Of a stretch of DNA of 64,000 nt, positions 11,671-24,609 are shown one piece after another. Source of the DNA: Lama guanicoe (lineage: Eukaryota); the NCBI GenBank assembly GCA_013239625.1, contig MU055600.1:8806738-8870737 (forward strand), read 5' to 3'. The first letter of the stretch is position 1. Each line of letters starts with the position of its first letter. Made by a program: the position numbers and the translations under genes. Below the pieces are notes generated by a model, which saw only the letters and a program-made list of their open reading frames with translations, was not told where the DNA came from and made no database searches.

Positions 11671-12187
11671 TGGCAATTCTGATACTCCCTCCATCTGTAG
11701 TTTGGTCCAAGGTGCGTGGAGCACATTTGAATCCAGTTCGCGTATCTTTTTTTTCTCCGCGTCCTCCACGCACTCTGCTTTTAAGTAACTATGCGATAGC
11801 AGCTTCCCAGGGTGCCGTGCGTCATCTTGGGTTTTGACATTTGTTCATTAGGCAGAGAATTTATTGATAACCATTAACAGTGTAAGATTTGCCCTGCATT
11901 TATAAATTCACATCCTCTCTGGGTGTCTAGGCCAGCTTACTCACGATTAAACTCAGACGTGCCTTCTGAAGCCACGTTGAGGAAGCATGGGGTCCTCTTT
12001 GTAGATTTCTCGTGTGATCCTGATGCTCAGCGACCAGCCTCCCTCCACATTCTCTCGTTCCAGTCTCGTAGCACAGCAGGTGAGACTAGCAGTGTTGGTG
12101 TTGGTCCTCCAGTTCTCACGGATGAGGCCGTGGGTCGCTTCCTTAGCTGTCAACTCCAGTGCCGGCTGTGAGCTAGGAGAGCGACCT

Positions 12188-12350
12188 CATTTTTACTGAG
12201 CAACTGCCAAAGTGAAAAGCTCTTTCCGTTGCCTTTTTTTTCGATCCCTCAATGACACGGTTGGGAAGGATTTATCAACTCTGATTTTACAGAGGAGAAA
12301 ACCAAGGCTCAGTGGGGTTAAGTGACTTGTCCAGCGTTCACCTAACTCTG
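12188..12350 (-). mobile_element. MIR SINE
   Basis: attttacagaggagaaaaccaaggctcagtggggttaagtgacttgtcca. Confidence 0.8.
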
Positions 12351-12861
12351 GAATTACCCCTGGAGGACAGAAAAGGAAATGGATGTGCTGGATTTCAGTG
12401 ACAAATGGTCCTGTCTCTCCACACTTTCCTGGGTCATGTTCTCCATTCCCAGAAGCTGTCTTGGCCATGTCTTCCTGGTCCCTCAGGCTTTCCATCTTCC
12501 TTCTCTCCCTCCAGTCCTCTTATCTGGCCCCTTATGCCTCTCTGAGCCCATTTGTAGTTTCGCGTCTTGAACCATGCGTGCTTCTGCCGCCAATGGCTCT
12601 TTGCCCTTTTACTGCAGTGTAGCAGCAGATAAATGCAGATCTGAATTTCAGAAACCCAGATCCTCTTCCAGAATCTGATCTTGAAATGTAAGATGAGTGA
12701 TTCCGGGCATTTCGTTCCACTTTGCGGAGGCTTTCACGGCCCCATCTCTGGTACAGGGGTTAGCATTCCTCCTCCTTACTTAAAATAAGGGGAGAACTTA
12801 AGACAATCATCAGAGCTTCTGAAGTGCTATCCCGGTTATTTATTTTGACTCCAAGTTAGTA

Positions 12862-13383
12862 TCCCCTTGGCTTCCCAGTGATCTTATGATTAAAACCCAA
12901 AACTGTTCCATGGCCTTCAAGGCCCATCATGGTCCACACCCCCGTACCTCCCCCTGCCTCCTGTGGTATCATAAAACCCTTTGCTTCTTGGGCTTCATTC
13001 CTATGGGCTGTCTTTTAATTTCTCAAACACTCCAAGGTCCCTCCTGCTAAAAGGTTTTTGCACGGTCCCTCTTTGCCTGGAAACCTCTTAACCTCTTGTT
13101 AACATCAACTCATTCTTCATCAATGACAACCCCTTCAAGGAGGCATTTCCTAGCCTCTAGAAGAGCTCAGATTGCTACATGCTTTCCTAATGTCTGTATT
13201 TCTTTGTAACAGTGGTCGTAGTAATTGTAGTTATTTGCCTTTTGTACTGTGATGCACTGACCGATGTCTTTCTCAGCCGCTGGATTATACACCGCAGGAT
13301 GGAGACCCAGCCTCCTTTTATGCGCCGTTGTAATCTCAGTGACTGGCAGTTAGGGGCTCAGTGGTGTCTGTTGAAAGTTTGAA
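12862..13383 (+). mobile_element. L2 LINE 3' region
   Basis: tggcttcccagtgatcttatgattaaaaccca...ccatggccttcaaggccc...tttgcctggaa...gtctgttgaa. Confidence 0.75.
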
Positions 13384-13744
13384 CGGGTGCCCTGGAGTCT
13401 ACTGTGGGTGATTCAGTTGCCTTATGCATTGTTCTGATTCTGGTGTCAAGGATCCACTTTTGTTAGAGTTTAAACGAATACCACGTGAAGCTAGGGAGTG
13501 TGATCAACTCTGATACAGATTTCTGGGCTTTGAAGGAGTTTTGAATTGTGCCTTCATAGGGAACACTGTTCCTGTTCGGATCAGTGCAGAACTCTGTAGT
13601 CCATCCAAAACATTGCCGGATTCATGTGTAGCTCAGGACTCCTGAATGCTATGGGATTAGTTTATGTTTATTAAAGTTAGTTGGCCAGTGGAAAGTGAAT
13701 GTTACAGGAGAAGGCAAACAGGGAATTTATAACTACAGTGGCCA

Positions 13745-13955
13745 AAACCCCAGCTTCTACCATCAGATTTCTTCAGACCAAATACTGCATTGTTGTCTGT
13801 GACCTTGTGCAAAGTATTTAGTTTCCTTACTTGCAAAATAGAAATAATAATAGCAACTTCTACCTAATTTTGATGAGGATAAAACCAAATTATATTTGCA
13901 AACTAATAGCATTGTACTGGGCATCCAGTAGGGGTCTGGCAAATGTTAGCATTCC
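13745..13955 (+). mobile_element. MIR SINE
   Basis: ctgtgaccttgtgcaaag...agtttccttacttgcaaaatagaaataataatag...aaatgttagc. Confidence 0.75.
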
Positions 13956-15667
13956 TATAATTAAGGGATTGATACATATTATTAAATTATTAAGGAATTA
14001 ATACATTTTAATTCATTTGCTTTGGCTTTCTTCCTAAAATCACAGACCTCGTCTCCTTTTGCATCACCCCCATTAGGAAGTGATGAGATGAGATCGAGAC
14101 CTTCACTGAAAATATCAGCACAGATTCTGGAAAGATGTTACAGTCTTTGACAGAAAACAAGCAAGTGGGTTCTTTTAGGGCGAGCACGAGCGTGATGACT
14201 CCGCGTTCTTTTCGATGATCCTCACATGCTTCTGATTTCTCTTTGCCCACAGTGGCAACATTTTTTGTCATCACTTTTAAAAAATCACACACATTGCGTC
14301 TAGGAACTGACGGTCACCTTCTAACCTTTCCTAAAGGGGTGAAGGCGGGCACGCTGACACTTGGAAAAATGAGGGGTGCAGTTATTTTTAGGCTGAGTGA
14401 AAAAGCAGCGGCAGGGCCCCATTTGTAGGAACTGTAGAACCTTCCCTTCCGTCTGGGACGAGGTAATGACTTCTGTGGAGTAATGCCTTTGCCATCATAA
14501 ACTCTGTCCCGCTGATGATTACCTACGTCTTTAGTCATCTTTGTATTATGCTATTTTGTCTTCTTAGTATTAAGAGAATGAGGCCCTGGTTGTTCTTTAC
14601 ATTTTATCATTTCTTCCTTCTTGGGCTGGAAGAAAATGAGAAAGCAGGGGCAGGCTACCTCTCATGGCTAAATTGTTCCTGCTAATAAGACTGCAGGAGC
14701 TGTACGTTAGGGTGTCTTCCATAAATCAGCCTTGGGGAGAATTAGGTGCTGAGAGATGGAGGGACGATGTTTAATCATCACTTGTAGGAAATCATTAGCT
14801 GCACACCCTCATTCCGCTACTTGCCCATTCGTCATTCCCCAATCGCTAGTTTTTCCCCTAGACCATTAACATTTCTCAATGACTTTCTAAATGCAGAGAA
14901 AAACCGCAGAAGTGGGTGAAGGATGGTGGGGGGTGTGGGGCGCATTATAGAAACACACAACTGAGAGATGTCCCTGCCGCTTGCCTCCTGCTCCGTGAAT
15001 GTAAATGGACCAACGTAAGAGCAAAATGATCGATTCCGCAGCCAGCCAGATGCTGCCACGAGCGCTCAAGAAGATTCTACCTCCTGTTCTCTTCCCTCAG
15101 TACAAATAAATAACCAGGTGCCTCTCCTTTGGCGATGTGTAAGGCAGCTCTGTCTTTCCTTCCTTATCGTAGCCTCATGATGGACAAGGAAAGTGAAGAG
15201 GTTGAGTGGGTCATGGAGGAATGCCAGCTTTGGGAAAGTAATTAGGTCCTCCCCAATTTGCTTCCCCATTCCTAGGGCGGGAAAGCCACAGATGAAGATT
15301 CTGTAGGGTCTGCAAATAGTGTAGTGGGAAGTTCAGTAAAACTGAACTGGCCCATCGGCTGAAGGACTGGTGAATACCCTTGAAAGAATGACTCAATAGT
15401 GATGCATAGAGAGACATCTCTGTTCAGGAACTTTCAGGAGGAAACAATACACTGAAAACAGTAGCCTTGTCTTCGCCTCCTGGAATGCACTTTTTGAGGC
15501 TAATGCATGTACACGCGTAAGTGATTTTAGGAGCCTTTTCCTGAGACAAGTACCCCAGGTCTTTGCTTCTGATTGTTTTCCTAAATAATTTTGTTTGTGG
15601 ATCCCAGAAGCTCTCAGATTCCTATTACCATCTTCCAGGAAAGGCTAGACATTCAGTATAACAAGAA

Positions 15668-15870
15668 CACGTTCACTGAGGACTTACTATGTGTCAAGCA
15701 CTAGAATAAGTAAACGGGCATGCATTAACAGAGTTGATTTGCACAACTGTATAAATTATTATCCTCATTGTGTGGGTGGAAAACTTGATGTTAATGATAA
15801 TGATTTTCCTAAGTTTGTGCCGCTTAGGCAGGGAAGATCCAAGTTCTTTGGGGTCTGAAAATCACGCTAT
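15668..15870 (-). mobile_element. MIR SINE
   Basis: ttcactgaggacttactatgtgtcaagcact...attatcctcattg...ggaaaacttga. Confidence 0.65.
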
Positions 15871-16319
15871 GTGACAAACCCTTTTGGGAAAAAAAAATGA
15901 CTGCAAATTTAGGTAGAGTGATGCAGGAAGGAGCAAGTGTGCAAGAGAGGATGCTGTAGCTGCAGCTTCATTAGCCCCAGGGTGGGTCTGCTTCCAGCCA
16001 GCGCTGGTGGAAGAGGCTGATCTGACACAGGTCCACCTGAGCTCTCAGATGCTGTGACCGTCTGTGTGTGGAACAGATGAGTTCCCTAATCAAGTGAATC
16101 CAAGTGTGAGACAGTAAAGAACGATTTGAATATCCCAATATCTTTGGGGGGGCGGGAGAGATTTTGGAAAGCTTAGGGAAGGGTGAAAAGTGAATCCTGG
16201 AGCTGTCCCTCTGGCTCAGCAATCATTACTGGTTGTCATAAAGTTCTGAGAGAGGAAGCCATGACTGGCGGACCCTGGACAACTCTACCAGAGTGCTAAG
16301 TCCATTGAGAAATCATAGA

Positions 16320-16460
16320 AATGAATCAGGAGGCCTGGGTTCTAGTACTGGCCTCTGGGTCTGGTACCTGGTACTAGTCCTGGTACTTTAGGGAAGCTAA
16401 GTTTGGTTTCTTCATCTGTGAAACCAGAGTGTTACTGTAGCTTTGAAATTCTGTGATTCT
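16320..16460 (+). mobile_element. MIR3-like SINE
   Basis: gaatcaggaggcctgggttctagt...gtttcttcatctgtgaaa...aaattctgtgattct. Confidence 0.65.
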
Positions 16461-17639
16461 GACTCCGAGCGTGTTAGCTCCCACATTTCTTTGGTGTTCC
16501 TTCTTGTTGAATGTTTATGGCAGAGTTGGGCATCTTTTAAAGAGGAAGCATCCAGGTCAAGGGCAGAAGTGGAGAGAGAGGGTAGAGGTTATTTTGGTTA
16601 GGATGGGCAGAGAGAGAAACAGAGTGCAATGAAAAATGACACAGTGCTAAAAACAGGGTCCAATACCTAATCACGTAGAAGCCAGTGTTGCATAATTGTG
16701 TGTAAATGAAAAAGCTAGGTTACTGTGTAACAGAAGCTGGGAGTAATAACTGATCACATCGTGTTGGAGTCTGCATCAGTGTGGGTACATTTTTGTCCTG
16801 TATCACGCTCCCTTGCCTGCCTTCCACTGATAATACCAGCAGCAAAGACAACTACAATAATATAACTCTACAGGAATTGATTCACTGTGAGATGTGTGTT
16901 TCATGTGTTTGAACACTTAGGAGGTGGCAAATCTCCCAAATATTTTCCCATAAGAAAAATGTCCTGGATTATTTGCAGATTCTCAGGATATGTCACTAGA
17001 GAATGATTTCACACACAGAGTGGCTGAGAATTTCTTATCCTCGATAAATAGCAGCAGGAAATGATGCAAATGTTGATAATTTGTGCTCAACCAATCAGAA
17101 AAAAATTTTTAAATGTGTATAATTATGTTCATTTTAATGGAAAAACACTTACATTTTAAGAGGATGTGGAAATAGATAAAGCTACTAGAATTCTAAGATC
17201 AGTTTCTAGGAGGTCTAGAAGACTTTGAAGATTGTGGTCCCTGCTTCTTTGCATTATATTTTTCTAAGCCTATAAGGTTCTTTTTTTGTTGTTGATGGAG
17301 ATAAATGCCTAACTCTTATCTTTATTGACCAGGATTATTGTCACTTGTCAGGAAATGGATCAAAAATGAAATGAAGTGAGGGACAGACATTTACCATGAA
17401 GAGGAAATGAGCAGACAGAAAAGTTGGGGGTGATGAAATGTGATTGTGAGAACATGAGAAAAAACATGTCTGTTGGGGAGAGGCAGAGGGAAAAAGAGAA
17501 GCTGGCGAGCTTGTATGAGCCCTCTGAGGAGCACGAAAGGGGGCTGGATTAGAAAGTTAGTCCAACTGCCGCTGCGTGGGACTGCTGAGCCCTGCAATAG
17601 ACTGGCTTCCGGAAACAAGCCAAGGATTAGAATGGAGAC

Positions 17640-18370
17640 AAAGGCAGAAAGAAGCAAGGTCGTACAGGCAGCTGTGTGAGTAATTAAGTGCAGGATGATG
17701 ACACACGAGCTGTATATGGATACAGTCATATATAGCAAAGTTTAAAAACATCAACAAAATAGAAACTTGCTCTCATCAGAGCAAGTTTCAGGGAGGCAAG
17801 AGAGGGAGAGGATGTGGGCATTGGCTGACGCATTTAACTGTGTGGGTATAATGCTGTGTGTGTGTGTGTGTATTTGTGTGTATTTAGGAGGATCTGAGAC
17901 AAATATGCAAAATGTTAATGGGTTAAATCTATGAAATGTGTACATGGGTACCTTTTTTGGGTGCCTTTTTTTTAGTATATATATATTTATTTATTGAAGT
18001 ATAGTCATTTTACAGTGTGTCAATTTCTGGTGTACAGCATAATGTTTCAGTCATACATGTACAGACATATATTCGTTTTCATATTCTTTTTCACCATGAG
18101 TTACTACAAGATATTGAATATAGTTCCCAGCGCTATACAGAATAAGCTTGTTTATCTATTTTTTATATATTAGTATCTGCAAATCTCGAATTCCCAGTTT
18201 ATCCCTTCCCACCCCCTCCCCCAGGGGTAACCATAAGTTTGTTTTCTGTCTGTGACTCTGGTTCTGTTTTGTAAATAACTTCGTTTGTCTCATGGATGCC
18301 TGTTTTAAATCTTCCATACTCTTTTGTCTATTTAAGGTTTTTAGGATATAAATTTAAAAAAATTAAAATA
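17640..18370 (+). mobile_element. Ancient L1ME-type 3' end, interrupted by a younger L1
   Basis: atctgagacaaatatgcaaaatgttaa...tacatgggt, resuming at 18291 with catggatgcctgttt...cttttgtctatttaag. Confidence 0.55.
17966..18290 (-). mobile_element. Younger L1 3' UTR, 5'-truncated
   Basis: Same 3' UTR type as 4724-5100 (ttattgaagtatagtca...tcaatttctggtgtacagca...ggtaaccataagtttg). Degenerate TSD tgggtgccttttt / tggatgcctgtttt. Confidence 0.88.
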
Positions 18371-19049
18371 AATGCATTTTTTAATAGTCAACAGAAATAC
18401 TGATAATAATGTTATAGATTTGATAATCTACAAAGGCTTCATTTTCTCACGTAAATTTGTTAAGGTCACTTTACCCTCATTGCTGAGGTCACTAAGAGAT
18501 GAAATGTCTAACCCATTTTGACCTTGAAGTTTTTTTAGGATCTTGCAGGTGAACATTCAAGTGTCTTTTTAATGTTAATTTGGGCCACCTTTGAGCTGGG
18601 GAGATGTAGATTATACAGAAAACGCCTGATTAATCATCCCCACTCTAATGAACCTATTTCCAGACAATGATACAGAGTGTGGAACCTGTGTAATCAGTTG
18701 CTCCAGGAAGCCTTTGATTCCCCAAGAGAGGTGTTTCCATTACAGGTGGGAAGAGGGGAAGATGGCGGGCTTGTGTTCTTAGAAGTTAGAGGCACAAGAA
18801 ACTTGGCAAGCGCCACAGGGTGTATCTTATGATTGGAATGGACTTTAATCCGGTCTAACCCCTACCATGATGCAGGCCCACGTTAGGACTCACATATGGT
18901 TTTCCATGTTTGACAAGGATTGTAGATCCAGAAGCAGGGAAGCATCGGACTTGTGTTTTTCTGGCCGTTTGGGATTCTCTTGTCCTAGTTGCCTTGCCTG
19001 AGTCTCCTTGCAATAAATCACTAAAAAAATAATAATAATTGTGTTCCTA

Positions 19050-19314
19050 GTAAGTAGCATGCTCTGTGACAGACACTCGACATCGAGACATAGTCAACTC
19101 AGACACTTTCATCAGAGCTCTCACCGTCTAGTGAGAATGAGAAGCAAGTTACAGACAACTGCGACCCCCGCTGGTGAGCTCTGCTGTTAAAGACACTCAG
19201 CGTCCTAGAGCCCAGGAGGGGGGGCACCCAGACACCACCTGGTGGGTCAGAGGAACCATCCTGGAGAATGTAGCACCCGTGGAGGGGTGGCTATTGGCTA
19301 AATGAGGAAGACGA
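19050..19314 (-). mobile_element. L2 fragment
   Basis: gagctctcaccgtctagtgag...cccaggaggggggcacc...ggtcagaggaaccatcctggagaa. Confidence 0.55.
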
Positions 19315-19319
19315 GGGAG

Positions 19320-19787
19320 TGTGTCAGTCAGGGTTCTCCAGAAATCTGAACCAACAGGATATAATATGAGATCTATATAAAAGGAGATGCTTTGTAGGAA
19401 TTGGGTCTTTCTGTTATGGGGGCCAAGAAATCCCACCATCTATCTCAGGCAAGCTGGAGACCCAGGAAAGCCAGTGGTAGAATTCAGTCCAAGTCCAAAG
19501 GCCTGAGCACCAGGAGTGCTGATGCCAGAGGGCAGGACCAGACAATGTCCCAGCTCAAGCAAAAAGAGCAGATTCTCCCTTCCTCCCCCTTTTTGTTGTC
19601 TCCAAGACCTCACGGGATTGGATGGCGCCCACTTGTGCAGGTGAGGATAATCTCTACTTGGTCTACCCATTCAAATGCTAACCTCCCCCCCAAAAAACCC
19701 TCATAGACACACCCAGAAGTGATGTTTTACCAGCTATCTAAGCATCCCTTAGCCGAGTCAAGTTGACTTACAAAATTAACCATCACC
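19320..19787 (-). mobile_element. MLT2 (ERVL) solo LTR, MLT2B-like
   Basis: tgtgtcagtcagggttctccagaaa...caagttgacttacaaaattaaccatcac is the reverse complement of MLT2. Perfect 5-bp TSD GGGAG at 19315-19319 and 19788-19792. Confidence 0.9.
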
Positions 19788-20271
19788 GGGAGTATATTTC
19801 ATGTAGCAGGAGCAGTGCTTTCAAATCCCTGGATCTGTGAGGGGCTGAGGTATGGTAGGAAATATCTGGGTACAGACTATAGCCGTGGCATGATGTCGAA
19901 GTCTTCTGAGGTGGTAGTGACTAGACTTCTGTTTTAAAAATAAAATCCCTGTCATAGCAGTGTAAATGCTAGCTTACTGAATAATGAGTCTGAAGACAAA
20001 AGTATATCTGTGGCTGGGAAATCATTTATAGCCAAAGGATAAAAAAAGAGAGGTAAAAAAGTAAATGAAAGTACAGAATTATAGGATCTAATGTGACCCT
20101 CTGGCTCCTCAGTGTTTTCAGTATTCTGAACTAGATAGAGTCTCTGGCTGTTTGTAAGAAAGGAAGCACTGAACCTAGCTTAGTGAGCAATTATTTGCTT
20201 TAAAAAGCTCTTGAACACCCAGGTCTGTTGTAATATCTCATACTAGTAATAAATCATTATTTATACCAGCA

Positions 20272-20511
20272 ACAACCAACAACTTACTGAATTCTTTCTA
20301 TGTGCCTCGCATTGTTCTAAGAGTTCACGTGTATTCCCCCAATTAGCTGACTCAACAACCCAATGCAATAGGTTGCGCTTCTTCTCTCATTTAACAGATA
20401 AAGCCCAGAGAGGTAAAGTAATCTTCCCCGGATCACACAGCCAACCGATGAGTGGGTCACATCCAGGCCGTCTGGCCCCAGAGACTTGATTCTCATTCCC
20501 ATGCTATCCCA
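20272..20511 (-). mobile_element. MIR SINE, near full length
   Basis: ttactgaattctttctatgtgcc...catttaacagataaagcccagagaggtaaagtaatcttccccggatcacacagc...tctggccccagag. Confidence 0.8.
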
Positions 20512-20872
20512 CCTCCTACAGCAAAACCTTCTTAGGTTTCCATTTACAAAGCCATTCCACTCATTTTGCTTGTTTGCTTGTTTGCGTGCTATTCAGCATA
20601 GGTTTTCTCTGGTTCAGACCCTGGTCTTCTGAGTAAACTATAACCCGATAATTTGTACATCTAACTCCGTGTCCCAGACAAGTTAATAATTGATGTCAGC
20701 ATTAAACGCATTGGTAATGAAATTATTTCATTTAACATTTTTATTTCATTCTAGACCCATCAATTATAAGAGATACAAAATTTATATGAAAAGATGGATG
20801 GTCACATAAAAATTGTTTCTAATGTAGAAGAACGAGTCAGAGTGATTTATAGTTCGGTGGGGAGATTCCCTT

Positions 20873-21000
20873 ATTCACCCATCCATCCATTCATTTGTCA
20901 AATATTTATTGAGAGCTAACTATGTGCAGGATGCTGCTCATGTACTAAGAATATAAAGTTGAAAAGACACAGTCCTAACCGTCCGAGATTAACTCTCAGT
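20873..21000 (-). mobile_element. L2 3' terminus
   Basis: catccatccattcatttgtcaaatatttattgagagctaactatgtgcagg. Confidence 0.75.
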
Positions 21001-21889
21001 CAACTGGACCTAATCAAATTCCAACTTCTGCTGCTGTCTGTGACGGGAGAGACAGGACAAGAGGAATCACAAAACCTAGACAACAGAGGTTCTTTTTTAC
21101 TTAGTGAAGCCAAGAAATCAAATGATCAGAGATGATAAAAATGTTTAAATAAAAAATCTTTTTTTTAAAAGAAAATTCTTGGCAAAATAATCACACACAC
21201 ACACACACAACTCTGCTCTGAGAATCTACCATCCAATCTACAGAATCCTTTTTTAAAACCTGGCTGGGTGGCGTAGAGGAAGACACTAGATCCCTCACAT
21301 GACGACTTAGGGTAAGTTAGTAAAAAGGGTCCTATTAAAATTTAAGTAGCAAATTTATGTTTTATTAAATAATACTCATGTTTAAGACTTAATGACAAAG
21401 CATCCAGCTGTGTCTAATGCTTCCTTCCCTTGAACTATTGTTTGAAGCATCACTCTTTTAAAAACATAATTAGCAATGCGTGGAGTTTAGATTGTTAAGT
21501 ATATTTTTAAAGAGTGAATTACTGCAAAGAGATAAGTCTTGAAAATCTAGGGAAACAGATACCTTCCCATTTACCTTGGGTCGTCGAGCGTGGCAGCAAC
21601 GCGGGCATTCTCGGGACGCAGCTGTGAAAGCAGGCAGGTGGAGTAATGAGCCTTCATCTCATGTGACTTTCCATTATTTTAAACTAAGTAAAGTTTAGCT
21701 GGGGAAAGATAGCTTCTTATTCCCCTCTTTCTTATTCGTATTCCACTTATTATGAAAACTTTAAACATGCTTTTTGTTGTTATTAGATTCCTCAATGATA
21801 AATGCATCTACTTGGAAAACCGCTAACTTGTTACTGACATGGTTTTAGGTTCAGAAGACACTCCAGAATCCCTGTCTTGAACTAAAGGA

Positions 21890-22240
21890 AATAATACAGC
21901 ATTTGTTGAGCTCCAAACAGTTTTTCTGTTATCTCAGCTGACTTAACAGCTCTCAACAACTTGTTATGAATTTATTAACGTTCCCATTTTATAGTTGGGA
22001 AAGTAGAGCCTTGCTTCTGACGGTTTTTTTTTTTCTCAAGATCACAGAGTCCATCAGAGTAGGGATAGAGGTTTTTAGAGAGTTTTTTTTTGTTTTTATT
22101 TTTTGTTGATTTTAAATGGAGGTACTAGGGATTGAACCCAGGACTCTGTGCACGCTAAGCACACACTCTACCACTGAGCTATACCCTCCCCAGGAACAGA
22201 GGTTTATAGTCACATTTTCTGATGTCACAACCAGTGCTTA
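21890..22240 (-). mobile_element. MIR SINE hosting a younger SINE
   Basis: gcatttgttgagc...cccattttatagttgggaaagtagagc...caagatcacaga. Confidence 0.6.
22083..22191 (-). mobile_element. tRNA-Ala-derived camelid SINE (vic-1 type)
   Basis: Minus strand GGGGAGGGTATAGCTCAGTGGTAGAGTGTGTGCTTAGCGTGCACAGAGTCCTGGGTTCAATCCCTAGTACCTCCA plus an A-rich tail. Has A box, B box and AGC anticodon. Degenerate TSD agggatagaggtttttag (22061-22078) / aggaacagaggtttatag (22192-22209). Confidence 0.9.
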
Positions 22241-22751
22241 TTTCCTTTTCTTGATAGCCTCCCAGTAGTGTTCTGTAAAACACGACACTGTCTTGATGTA
22301 AGATGAAACAAGATGCCAAAGTTGAAAAGTCAGGCAAACTTGTAATCTACTCAAATGTGAGGTTTTGCAGAACTCAACCCAAGGGTAGTAATAATACAGA
22401 CCTGTCCTCCTCCTCACCAGAGAATACTTGCTCATATTCTAGAGTGAAACAGGATTTCTCACCTTACCCCCACCCCCACCTCCCTGTCTCTCCCTGTAGG
22501 GGAGGATGGGCAGCCCGCCAGCAGCTCTGCTGGGTACCCGCCTGTGATACACCCACTGCGCGTGCGGGAGCCCTCAAGCCCTCCCTGAACCTGGAGGTGA
22601 CACTGCGTATTCCTCCGACAGCTGCTTCTGCTGTGAGTAGTGAGCTGTCTCTGTGTCTGACCTGGAGGTCTCATGTTATCTGGCAAGCAGGTGACGATCC
22701 CAGACCCTTCACAATGTCTGACACGGCACCATGTTTTCAATATTTCATCTC

Positions 22752-23050
22752 TTCAGTCGTTCACTCATCCAACAGATTTTAAAAAGGGCACCTGCTCGGA
22801 ACAAGAGTTTCCTCTAAGCCCTTAGGGCACAGCAGTGAATTACACAGAAGCGCCCCTGACTGGGCGAGGCTTACATTCCAGGGGCCGGATAAACAATAAA
22901 CAAGTAAACAGATTAACCAGCCATTTTTTTATCTGGTGATAACTTTGGTGAAGAAAAGCTAATAGTGCGCTGCGGTAGAGAGTGACTTGATTTGGGACAG
23001 AGGTCAGTCTCGACAGGTGGTCACATGTGGCCTGTCTAAATCAGTGAGAT
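22752..23050 (-). mobile_element. L2 3' end
   Basis: ttcagtcgttcactcatccaacagatt...cacagcagtgaattacacag...gcttacattccagggg...aaacaataaacaagtaaac. Confidence 0.75.
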
Positions 23051-23063
23051 AATTATAACAAGA

Positions 23064-23254
23064 CGGTGGTTCTTCAATGGGGTTGATTTTGTCCCCGCAG
23101 GAAACATCTGGCAATGTCTAGACATCCTTCTGATTGTCATGACTGAGGGAGGGTGGAATTTCTACCAGCATCTACTACAATTTACTAGACTCTCTTCCAC
23201 AACAGAGAATTATCCGTTCCAGAATGTCAATAGGGCTGAGATTTAGAAACCCTA
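23064..23254 (+). mobile_element. MER20 hAT-Charlie transposon, internally deleted
   Basis: ggtggttcttcaatggggttgattttgtcccc..acatctggcaatgtctagaca...agaattatccgttccagaatgtcaatagggctgag..agaaaccct. Confidence 0.85.
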
Positions 23255-24034
23255 CAATAGGGTAACCGTGCTGCATCAGAAGTAAGGAAGACACAGTGAT
23301 TACACATACGGCGGGTTAGTAACTCACTGAAGGAGGGCAGGGTTGGTCAGGGAAGCCTTGACTGCAGAACTGAGCTTTGAGCTGAATTATAAAGATAAAG
23401 AGGGCTTTTCCCGGTAGATATGATGGGCATCATAGGAACAGGTTCTCTCCAAGTCTGGATATATGGCAACTGTTTTCCTTCACAGAACTTCTCAATCCCC
23501 AAGGGTACCGGGGACCTCACTGTGGTAGGATATAAGAAGTCGCCGGGTGAAGGATGGGGATCTGTCCTTTCTTGAAGCTTTTGAAAGCACTTGGTCTAAA
23601 GTCTGCTGTGGGTGTATGTTTGCACAGAGCCACGACATACCTACCATGTTCAAACATCTTCTCTGTGTTAGGCTCAAGGGGGCAGCCTGGCCTGCTCTTC
23701 TCAAATCTGTTCTCTTTCATCTTGGGCACACAACTAGATTTCCTGTGTCAGCTACGCACTCAGGTAGATGCAGCCATGGGACCGGGTGTGGACGTGAGGA
23801 GTGAGGTCTCCACCTCCAGGCCCTTCTCATAAAGCCTCCCACGTGTGATTTCACTCCCTTTCTCCATCCGCTGCTTGGAAGCAAAGGACCGTAAGGCCCC
23901 GAGGATGGAGTTCTCACAAGACGGAAGGAGGCTGGATTCTGAATCCCTGTGTGAAAGATCTTGTGCTGGACTTAACTTGGGCAAAAGCTCAGTTTTTATG
24001 GTCATAAGCCACTGGGATTTCAAGGTTGATCCGT

Positions 24035-24260
24035 AATAGCAAGAAGAGCTACCAAAATTAGTGTCGACAGTGCTAAGTGCTTTAGTTTCATTATCCCTGA
24101 TCCTTTCAATGACCTTGCACTACAGGTGTTATTACCCATATCTTAAACATAGGAAAAAAGGCTCAAAGTGGTTAAGTCACAGAAGATAGCAAGTGGAGAG
24201 AATTAGGAATGAAATGCACGGTCTTTCCATTATGCCAAATAGCTGTGCACTTTCCCACTA
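24035..24260 (-). mobile_element. MIR SINE
   Basis: gtgctaagtgcttt...caggtgttattacccat...aggctcaaagtggttaagtcac...gcactttcccacta. Confidence 0.7.
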
Positions 24261-24609
24261 CAAGAACTAGTTTAGAATGACTCTGGGTAACTTCTCTACA
24301 AAGATTTGCATCCTTCCTATGTCTTCCGGTTTGGAGGGGGAACAAATAGGCTTTCTTTCAAGTTTCCATGCCTGGTGTTAGTCTGCTGATGCAGCATTCT
24401 TATCGCCTAAAATATTTGACCCAGTACAAGCGGCAACATGATTGGTAAACAGAAACTTCCCTGGCGTTCATGGTACCTTGTTTGTGAGACACTCACAGAT
24501 GGATGAAAACAAAACTTTCACAGACAGGGTTGCTTGTAACTTTCCTTACTATTTTTTTTTCAATGAACTGAGAATGTATACAAAGCAGAGGACCTTCTGC
24601 CTCTCTCAG

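Noticed and set aside
14040-14170. Exon-like segment (ETFTENISTDSGKMLQSLTENKQ)
   Set aside because: The acceptor is ambiguous, the donor is weak (CAA|GTGGGT) and stops occur in all frames from the likely acceptor.
22117-22191. Functional tRNA-Ala gene
   Set aside because: An A-rich tail, a TSD, a 5' extension and substitutions relative to tRNA-Ala indicate a SINE.
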